Assembly (NCBI GenBank): GCA_040285825.1
Contig: JAUPSS010000008.1
Span: 682,001-746,000, forward strand
From: Eukaryota sp. TZLM1-RC
Taxonomy: Eukaryota; Protista; Metamonada: BaSk clade
Length of the DNA stretch: 64,000 bases
Direction: 5' to 3'
Shown here: positions 55,928-64,000 of the stretch, one piece after another
Numbering within the stretch: position 1 is the stretch's first letter
Layout of the letters: every line of letters begins with the position of its first letter
The notes under the pieces: generated by a model
What the model was told of the DNA's origin: nothing
Seen by the model: the letters and a program-made list of their open reading frames with translations, nothing else
The model's database searches: none
Position numbers and translations under genes: made by a program

Positions 55928-58900
55928 ATGGACTCCTTTTCACGCTATAGCGAGTTATGTCTACAACGTATACAAGGGTCCATCACTCTTGAACAGTTTC
56001 AATCTACCATCAATTCAAACCTTGATAATGAACAACTTAAAATTCTGTCCACAGTGGTGAACAACTTGCTCAGTACAATACGTGATGAATCTGCTGTTGC
56101 TACCTTATTAAACAGTATTGATAATTCTCAGTTTGGTGATGTACTTACCCTAACTCTACCACTGAACCCCCCTACCTCCCTTGCCAAACCTGATCTCAGA
56201 CACACTTCTCATACATCCTCCTTTAAATCAGCCAAGACTCGACTCAAATCACAAACCACCAGAGTGCTGCTCAAGGACTCTTTTTTACCCTTAATTTCTC
56301 TTGACATTCCCCATTCCTCGGTACTTTCAATGAGTGGAGCAGAGCTGATTCAGTATATAAAACCTTTTCTTTCATTTTACAGGATCAGCCCTCTCCGCAT
56401 CGCTTGTAGCTTGTGCTCTTTGGTGTCGGAATCACCCATGAATAGATCATTTTATGATTCCTTGGTCAGAGCACTTGAATTTCTATCTCTTTCAGCCAAA
56501 CATTATGATGGACTAGTCGGCTTTTTGTTTACTTTAGAGGGTAATGCAAAGTATGTCATTGCTGCTCACCTAATTCAATCAAAATTGATTGATTTAGATT
56601 GTCTATACCCTTACTTAAAAGATACTTCCTTTTTGGAATCTAAACTCTCTGAATTTTCTTCTGTACGTTTCCCAAACCCCAAATCTGACGATGGATTCTT
56701 CATCATACCCTATCAATTTGTCTCTATTGATCTTGATGGTGTTGGCCTGGTTGAGATTGTGTCAAATTTGTTTAAACTAGGTTGTGAGGATGAAGCAATT
56801 TACTTTCTGAAGGTAATTAATTCTTTAAATATTTGTAATCCCATGGCCATTACCAAACTTAGGGAAAATTTCATTAATTTTCAAATAATTCCTTTCTTTG
56901 CCGAGCTGTTTTCGAATGAAATGACTGATAATATTGAACAACTTTACCACGTATTTATTAAAAGAATCAATATTATTCATTTTTACATTGGGGTTACCAA
57001 CAGCACCAGTTTACTAAACTCTTTAGTTAAAGCTCTTTCTTGTTTTTTTACTCATTTTGGAAATGGATCACCTCAATTTTCCGAACTTCTTTTTGTTTTT
57101 TCCAATATTTTGATCCCCAGTCTTTTATTTGTAGATCCTTCCAAACCTCAATTTCAGCGGGAAGTTTCTGATTCAATTCTTGGTCTTTGGCAGTCCTTTG
57201 AATTTCCAATCAAAATTGATTTACTTAAACAATCTTCATCTTTTATTTCATCGCATTCTTTTCTAGTCAAAGTGTCCAAGTTCTATCAAACACTATCCTT
57301 TAAAGTTTCTAAAAAACTAAATTCTGATATTCATCTTGATTCAACAAGAAGCGTAGGCCAATCCATTCAATTTTGTTGTGTTGTCAATCCATCACTTTGT
57401 TTTCCGTTTTTGTTGTCTAAAATCATCAACATTCCTGATTTATTAACTCCACTATCAAAACTATTTAGGGATTTAATGTTACCTATATTCTTTGGAGAGT
57501 GTTTAGTTATTTCAATTCTTCAGTATTTAACTGGTGACCCCTTGAGCGACCCCCATATTGAATCAAATAATGTTTTGATTAAGGACCATTCAAGACTTGG
57601 AGTATTAAACTTTAAACCTTTTGTAGAATTTCTCTCTATCATTTTGAGAAGATTTTCGGTGCTGACACCACATGATATTATCACATCCTTTATTCTTCCA
57701 AAAGTAATTTCAGGCGATTACCTCACACTAACTTTATTACGTGAAATAATTTCTCAATTATCGCTCATTGAGTCTCCATTTATTAACCAAGTCGACATTT
57801 CTCCTATTCAGCATGTTTACGGTTTTTCTCTAAGAGATAAGTCAATTAGAGAATTTCTGTTAACTGATGCCTCCAAAAACAAACCCACTGATGACAGTTT
57901 AAGAAACTTGGCTGATTGCATTCAGGGTATTCTGTCAGTAACGCTGCTGATCACTCTTGCACAGGCACTTTCTGTTTCTCAGGAAGGGTGTTCTGTTTTT
58001 GGGTTAGATTTGAATGGGGAGCCAGATTGGAATAGCATCAGAATCGTCTTTTCCAATCCCTCATTTAATTGTTGTTTCGTTGATGGAATGCTGGGTGTAA
58101 AAGATTTGATTAATGATGTTCTGCTTCAATTGCTTGACTATCTCGCAATTTACGGTGATGCCGAGTCCACTTGGAATTCCCTTCCATCAATTGCCACTCT
58201 GATCAAGGACTTTAATCTTCCTTTAGCAGTAAGTTGTCAATTTTTCATTCATTATCTCGATTATCGTGCACTGTCTCCCAAATCTAGAGTTTCTGAATTA
58301 AACCCAATATCTGAAGTTATTGCCGAAAGGACTCTGTCGTTTTCAAGCCAATTAAAGGATTTGTATGCAAGTTTACCTAATTATCGTGGTTTGTCTAGCT
58401 GGATTTCTTCTGATTTCTTTGAACTTTTACAAATTCTTAGACTTGATGATATATATTATCATGCATATCCGTTTGATCACATCCAGGGCTCTACAACAGT
58501 TCCTTCAAGAGTTAAACACAAGGTAAAAGAAATGCAGACCAAAGTTTTGGCATCAAGAAATAATGTTTCTCTTTTTGTTAAAGATAAGATTACTCAGTGG
58601 TTCAGGCCCCAAAATCCTGATACTTTTGACGACCAGTTATTTGAACAATTTATTTTTGAAGTTATTCTACCCAAAATCAAATGTTCTCCTCAAGATGCTG
58701 CAATGTGTGGTGAATTCTTGAGGTTGTTGTTACGAATTGAAGTTCCAAATTTATTCTTCTTCGATATTTTAAACACTCTAACAAGGCATCTCTCAATTCT
58801 TGCCACTTATACTGATAATGAAACTAGGCGGTTTGGACTTTTTTATAAATCTTTGTTTCAAAACCTCGAAATTCCTAATGTTGTTGACACCAATTGTTCT

Positions 58901-59215
58901 TTAAGATTAAAAAGTAGAGACGATATTTTTACTTTGAACAATAGAATTTCTGAAAATACAACTAGAGAATTACTGTCATGGCTCCACCTTTCCAAAACTA
59001 ATCCCTCTCGATGCCTTCAATTCCTTAATGAAGTGGTGTATATTCTTCCTTGTTCAACGTCCCAAATTGACAACATTGCAAAGATTGTTTTCAAGTATAC
59101 TACCGATGATAGTCCAGATAAAGTTCTCGCTAGGAGTTTTATTGATAAAGTTCAGAAACTAGATCGAAAACGGAGAATTAGTGGTCCTGAGCCTGGTAAG
59201 AAATCTAGAACATAA
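55928..59215 (+). CDS. THOC2: THO complex subunit 2-like
   Basis: C-terminal Tho2 motif VILPKIKCSPQDAAMCGEFL...ATYTDNETRRFGLF; first ATG at 55928 (the upstream extension is retroelement tail). Confidence 0.75.
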   Translation: MDSFSRYSELCLQRIQGSITLEQFQSTINSNLDNEQLKILSTVVNNLLSTIRDESAVATLLNSIDNSQFGDVLTLTLPLNPPTSLAKPDLRHTSHTSSFKSAKTRLKSQTTRVLLKDSFLPLISLDIPHSSVLSMSGAELIQYIKPFLSFYRISPLRIACSLCSLVSESPMNRSFYDSLVRALEFLSLSAKHYDGLVGFLFTLEGNAKYVIAAHLIQSKLIDLDCLYPYLKDTSFLESKLSEFSSVRFPNPKSDDGFFIIPYQFVSIDLDGVGLVEIVSNLFKLGCEDEAIYFLKVINSLNICNPMAITKLRENFINFQIIPFFAELFSNEMTDNIEQLYHVFIKRINIIHFYIGVTNSTSLLNSLVKALSCFFTHFGNGSPQFSELLFVFSNILIPSLLFVDPSKPQFQREVSDSILGLWQSFEFPIKIDLLKQSSSFISSHSFLVKVSKFYQTLSFKVSKKLNSDIHLDSTRSVGQSIQFCCVVNPSLCFPFLLSKIINIPDLLTPLSKLFRDLMLPIFFGECLVISILQYLTGDPLSDPHIESNNVLIKDHSRLGVLNFKPFVEFLSIILRRFSVLTPHDIITSFILPKVISGDYLTLTLLREIISQLSLIESPFINQVDISPIQHVYGFSLRDKSIREFLLTDASKNKPTDDSLRNLADCIQGILSVTLLITLAQALSVSQEGCSVFGLDLNGEPDWNSIRIVFSNPSFNCCFVDGMLGVKDLINDVLLQLLDYLAIYGDAESTWNSLPSIATLIKDFNLPLAVSCQFFIHYLDYRALSPKSRVSELNPISEVIAERTLSFSSQLKDLYASLPNYRGLSSWISSDFFELLQILRLDDIYYHAYPFDHIQGSTTVPSRVKHKVKEMQTKVLASRNNVSLFVKDKITQWFRPQNPDTFDDQLFEQFIFEVILPKIKCSPQDAAMCGEFLRLLLRIEVPNLFFFDILNTLTRHLSILATYTDNETRRFGLFYKSLFQNLEIPNVVDTNCSLRLKSRDDIFTLNNRISENTTRELLSWLHLSKTNPSRCLQFLNEVVYILPCSTSQIDNIAKIVFKYTTDDSPDKVLARSFIDKVQKLDRKRRISGPEPGKKSRT

Positions 59216-59329
59216 CATTCAATAAATAAATAAAATTAATTTTTATTGAATTTTTATATATGGAGGAAATACATATTAAATAATTTAGTGAAGGAGAAAA
59301 CTTTGAAATGCAATTATGGAACCACAGAA

Positions 59330-59717
59330 CTACACCCCAGAACCCACTGAATTGGCAAAAGCTGAAGCAATCTGTTTGGCTTGATTAAGTTGTTCCATTC
59401 CAGATGAAATTTCACCTACAAGATCCACTAGATGAGAAGTAGAATTCTGGTCTTCAGTTTGACGTATATTGAGGCTACCCGAAACTGATGAGTAAAACTC
59501 TTGAAAGAGAGAGGCTATGTTTTGGCCCAATTCTGTGATAAGCAGTCGACAAAAAGAGAAACATTCCTTCGTGCAATGATGAGACACGATTTCTGAGAGT
59601 AGACATTTGTTCAGAGATCCTATGGATCTCATCGAGATGTTGTTGTGACTGTGATTGTGACTGTGACTGCGGGTCCTGCTGTGGAGCATCGTGATACGGT
59701 GAACTTTCTGTGTGCAT
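59330..59717 (-). CDS. Small coiled-coil protein, two exons (probable 34-nt intron at 59533-59566)
   Basis: The N-terminal half of ORF 59475-59717 and the C-terminal half of ORF 59330-59689 join in frame if GAATGT...TATCACAG is removed. Confidence 0.6.
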
Positions 59718-59772
59718 ATTAGGAAGGCAAAATTGTCTTTTCAGTAATCATTAGCATTTCCTGTGCTACCAG

Positions 59773-60216
59773 ATGATGGTATCTGAAATTGATATCTCTA
59801 TATATCTCCAGAAATGGTTAGACAGTAAGAGGCGGCGTGATTTACTTGTTTCCAGAGCGTTTCTCTCTGTTTTAGATCATAAGGCCGATCACTTTATAAT
59901 TTCAAATACATTAAAACATTGCTTCTCAATGTGGCAACTGCATATTGTCTCTCTTCGATTTTATCGTTACACTGTGTTTGAGCGTACATTATCTAGATGG
60001 AAGCTGTTACACGACATTCGATTGGAGGCTTACTGTAATTACCACAAGGCTCTTCAATTGCGGGCTATGACCATTCTAAACGATGCACTGACAGGAATTC
60101 ATGTTGATCGTACATGTAGTTCTGATACTGAACATTTAAGTACTCAATTGGCAGTTCTTCGTTTGTTTTTCAGATGGAAAGCCCTGATAAAGCCAAAATA
60201 TATCATAAACATATAA
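59773..60216 (+). CDS. Hypothetical protein with Sfi1-like L..F..W repeats
   Basis: LKHCFSMW, FERTLSRWK, LRLFFRWK. Confidence 0.5.
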   Translation: MMVSEIDISIYLQKWLDSKRRRDLLVSRAFLSVLDHKADHFIISNTLKHCFSMWQLHIVSLRFYRYTVFERTLSRWKLLHDIRLEAYCNYHKALQLRAMTILNDALTGIHVDRTCSSDTEHLSTQLAVLRLFFRWKALIKPKYIINI

Positions 60217-60238
60217 TAATAAATAATTTATTTGTACA

Positions 60239-60775
60239 CTAAAAGTTTTGCGTTTCAACACGTATCAATGCCGCCCTAAGTCGTTCAACAAGATCAGCAA
60301 GTTCACAAGTTCGAGCTGAAAATGATACAGGACCTTCAGAGGTTTCCAAATGAAGCAAGTATTCCAAGGGATCCGAACCAGTGGAACCTTCCAGGCTACA
60401 ATCTAAGCGCCAGTTGACGTCTTTAAGGACGGGATTCATAGTACAAAGAGAAAGGTGATTGCGAAGATCTTGTTTAAGTTCTGTATATTTGGATGATATC
60501 GCTGACTCCAAATTGGAAACTTCAACACAGTTTGTGTCTAGAACACCTAACAAATCATCAAGTGAGTAATCATGTTGTGCAGCCTCAGTCATTAGTGATG
60601 AGAGGGATGTAAACAATGGAGCAACGTCATCGCCGGAAATTCCACATGATTTAGACACAGAGTGAAAGAGTGAAGAGGCGTGGTTCGAAGTAAGACAAGT
60701 AACAGTAGCCTGTACTAATGACAAAATTTGTTCTGGGCCAAGTGCCTTAACTAAGCTAATGTGAGCGTAGTCCAT
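60239..60775 (-). CDS. COMMD3: COMM domain protein (COMMD3-like)
   Basis: PVLKDVNWRLD...P.EYLLHL...VSFS....LADLVERLR. Confidence 0.75.
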   Translation of the reverse strand: MDYAHISLVKALGPEQILSLVQATVTCLTSNHASSLFHSVSKSCGISGDDVAPLFTSLSSLMTEAAQHDYSLDDLLGVLDTNCVEVSNLESAISSKYTELKQDLRNHLSLCTMNPVLKDVNWRLDCSLEGSTGSDPLEYLLHLETSEGPVSFSARTCELADLVERLRAALIRVETQNF

Positions 60776-60894
60776 TTTTACAGATATTGTCTATTACAAT
60801 GAAATAAGTGTTCTCTTTACACCGTTGTAGAGAGACTGAGTTTTTTGGAAGATTTTCTCCTTGATTCCTTTTCTTTGAACCTTTATCAACCTTG

Positions 60895-61192
60895 GCTCTC
60901 TGTAGGTATACTGGTCTATCTCCAGCCTTTCTATGTGTCCATCACTGTCAGGATTCCAAGCGAAGGATTTTGATTTCTATTCAATTAACTTTCGCATGAT
61001 TTACACTTGGTAAGCCTGTGAAGAATAGACATCTCTTCCATGGTTTTGGATTTTTCCAACACTTGAATGTTTCAACTGTTCTTTTTTCTTTCCTGCATTT
61101 GGAAAAACAACAACTGGTTTCAAACTCATCCATTAAAATGACTTTATAACCAGCCTTTTAAATATAATTCTTAAACTTTTTGTTTTGTTAGG
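60895..61192 (-). pseudogene. Fanzor C-terminal remnant (lineage 2), absent from the ORF track
   Basis: Hand translation across frameshifts: PNKTKSLRIIFK/AGYKVILMDEFETSCCFSKC..F..WKNPKPW/LHRLTKCKSC..LNRNQN../GDRPVYLQR. Confidence 0.8.
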
Positions 61193-61194
61193 TT

Positions 61195-61248
61195 GTACAG
61201 TAGGTCTTCTGCTTTAGTAACTACCGTTGCTCAAGTTTATGGTACTCG
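61195..61248 (+). mobile_element. Tiny subfamily A non-LTR fragment
   Basis: TCTTCTGCTTTAGTAACTACC..CTCAAGTTTATGGTACTC matches the reverse complement of 7783-7830. Confidence 0.6.
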
Positions 61249-63217
61249 ATCAAATGGCTGCGATAAAATTTGCCGAAGTGAGGCAACCGCAAAGCTGGAA
61301 AAATCTATAGAAGTTGCTGAATTGGAAGCAAACGTGGATAATTCGGTGTTTGCATTTTCAATTGTCATTTCTTTAGACTCTATCATTTGGTTTTATATCC
61401 TACGCTGCCCCAGTATACTTGATCGCCCATCGTTTGTGGTTTTCATTAAGCCTTGTTTTCAAATACCAGGACATCTGAGTCATTCTGAACCATTTGAATT
61501 TCTTGTCTTGATCACCCGACTTTTTTGATGTTCAGTTTCATGTTCAAAAACCATGAGCAATTCTTGCTCCGTTTTTTTACCCCCAAAATACAATAAATCA
61601 CGTTTTCCGGGATCACAAACAACAATTCGTTTATCTTGAATAGTATTGACCTCAACATCATCAATATGTAAGAGAGAAATACTGGCCTTGTTGTCTGGCT
61701 TACATTTCTGACCTTCCAAAACCCGACAAACAAATTTCACTGCAGTTTATTGTCAATCAGTTTGGATGGTGTTGTAGAATTTATAATCTTTTGTTTGATC
61801 ATTTGTTGGTTTGAATCTATAAATTTGATCTTGTGTATTGACCATTTTCAGCCTCTGTTTAGGCAACAAATCGTCCATCAATGTTTGTTTAATAGTTGTC
61901 CATATTGTTCTCATGTCAATTGGAAAATAACCAGGACCTAGAATGATTGGTATAGGGTTAATGTGAAAAAGTTTCTCCTCTCTATTTGCAATATATTGGG
62001 CAATCCTAATTGCTGGATTTAAGAATATCTGAAAATCTTTCTCAAAAGAATGTGGAAGAAGATGTACATCAACTGGAAATATATTGTCAACCATACCTTC
62101 ATCCATGACTAAATTCTCAATTTGACAAGTAAATGGTGTTACAAGACCATAAAAAATTTCTTCACGTTCATTGTTTCTAATATCATGATGCTGACACAAA
62201 TTTAAAAACTCATCATCAAGAAGGTCTGAAATATTTTCAAGTACAAGACTTAAAGAACCCAAATAATCTCTATCATCAACTAAAAACATTTTTTTGTGGA
62301 AGTTTAAATCTATATGAAATCTAATGAAATTATAGTAGGTAATGGTGTTGCGTACCCACCCAGTTTGTGCATTTTTGCTAACAATTCTTTCCACATCTGT
62401 TCTGTCAAAATACACCATAGAGGAACGATTGACATGCTTTTCATAATTTAATTTGAAATTATTCTCAAAATTTACAAACATCACCGGGGCCATGTACTCG
62501 GGAGTTCTATTGAACACACCAGTTGGAAATCGTGGAAACAGTTAAGGTCTATTTCTCAATTGATCCACATAACTTAGAGTTTGGTTCAACTTTTGTTGTT
62601 CAAAAATAGTCGATAATCTATAATCTCCTTCACCATATACAAGGTCTTCCAAGTCTTGTGGATTTGCACTTCTTAATTTTGAAACTTGTTGTTCATAACA
62701 ATCAGCAAAAATAAAACGAATTATGGTCATCAATGATTCGTATAATTTGGCAGAAATACGTGGAAATGACAAATTACGTTCAACGAAGACTGTAAATACA
62801 GTTTCAAACAAGATTTATTCGTAATTAAAGTAATATTCGAACAACATGTATTCGTAATTGTTTAGACTTTGAAGCCGTCTCTTTCAGTTTCAGTTTAACC
62901 TTTCAATGATTGACCATTGAGTTCACAGCTGCACGAATAGTTTTATAAGATGGTAAAATGAACTTATCTTTCTGAAAGAAGACAATTGGTTTGAGACTTA
63001 GGATGCAATCATGCCCAGAATGAATCAAATTCTTTCGAACTTCATTAGTTGCCCAACAGACAACAGATAAAACATTAGTAAATTGGTCATGAAGTTTAAT
63101 TTTCTTCTCATTTACCATCTTATTCGCAAGATTGCCTAAACTATGTCCATATTGGAAAAAATTGAATTTTTTGACAATGCTGACCATGTAAAATTGTAAA
63201 GAATTGATTACTTTCAA
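61249..63217 (-). pseudogene. Fanzor1 N-terminal to RuvC-I region, multiply disrupted
   Basis: Consecutive ORFs give LFHINPIP..PGYFPIDM, YKFYNTIQTD (F..I.TDG motif), IVVCDPGKRDLLY (RuvC-I D), FRMTQMSWY and IENANTELSTF.S. Confidence 0.78.
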
Positions 63218-64000
63218 GTAGGTCTAAAAATGTTGAATCTTGCTTGGAACTCTATTGTCAAAACTTTTTTGTGCTAAAGTGTTTCTGTAGAAACAATTCA
63301 GTATTTCCTGGATATAGAACTTTTACTTACAAGATGTACTACGGTAATTCTCTAATGTAGAATTCGCTAGGTCAAAATATCAAAATGTTGTCTCAAATAC
63401 AGAAACATTCTAGAACTATACATAAAATATATATAAAATGTTCGAAATCCAGGATAAAATATTCCGATCTTCAATCAAAATTTTACATTCATTGTACAAT
63501 ACACAAATTGTATCCATTGGAAGAATTTGATTGGAATTTTGCCCATTTACTCTATTTTTTAATATTTATTGTCAATACCCTATATCTTCCAGGTGAATTT
63601 GAAAACGTTTTTGAACTGATAGGTCCAAGAACTAATACGGATTTCAAATTATTTTTGACGAAATATTGCGTTCTTCGTATCTGAACAGATGTTGAAGATG
63701 ACTTTGATGCAATAACGGTGAATCTCTATGAAGGTGTTGCATCATTTAAAAAGACGTGGAAAATTCAGGTGTGTTTATGTTTAGTTTAGTTAGTGTAAAT
63801 ATTCTTTAAAAGTTGATATAGACATGACCAACAACAGTCAATTGCAGAAGACACAAAAAAATGTGAAAAGCCCAGACTGGTGGTCACACGTAATTATCAA
63901 TTCATTTCTAGTTTCCAAAGACAAGTTTAGGTTTGTGTGAAATTGCCAGACAGATTTAAAGGTCAAAATCTAAATTCAATTGTGCAATCATCGTGATCAT

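Noticed and set aside
61753-63684. Endogenous virus or Polinton ORF cluster
   Set aside because: No capsid, polB or ATPase motifs; the minus-strand ORFs fit a disrupted Fanzor, and 63385-63684 (+) has no support

Overview
AT-rich, gene-dense eukaryotic DNA, most likely from a flagellated protist. The evidence is a ciliary B9D1 gene, 26-34 nt spliceosomal introns and 55-80 bp divergent promoters; the taxon cannot be identified from sequence alone. Housekeeping genes (cyclin, CDK, MND1, TFIIIC B-block subunit, TAF4, RPB12, B9D1, NOP9, VPS16, RPL36, THOC2, a COMMD protein) and two bacterial-type genes (GT4 glycosyltransferase; class III FBPase with four tiny introns) alternate with intergenic nests of mobile DNA. 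These nests hold many copies of at least four subfamilies of RT + restriction-like-endonuclease (CRE/R2-type) non-LTR retrotransposons, a MULE containing a nested hAT, one full-length Ty3/gypsy element, two small non-autonomous LTR elements, solo LTRs and several decayed Fanzor (eukaryotic TnpB-like) genes. Main highlights: (1) all three two-LTR elements have dissimilar LTRs, yet each carries a perfect 12-16 bp palindrome (CA-N8/10-TG) at the 5'LTR junction instead of a canonical adjacent tRNA primer-binding site, suggesting tRNA-independent priming. (2) There are Fanzor remnants of two lineages; one is followed by a ~270 nt strongly structured, strand-specific RNA-like region (candidate omegaRNA), and both end with a shared CGGTGTAAA hairpin 20-40 bp upstream of a host start codon. 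(3) Non-LTR elements have inserted 5-8 bp upstream of start codons in the same orientation. (4) There is a probable GA-AG intron.
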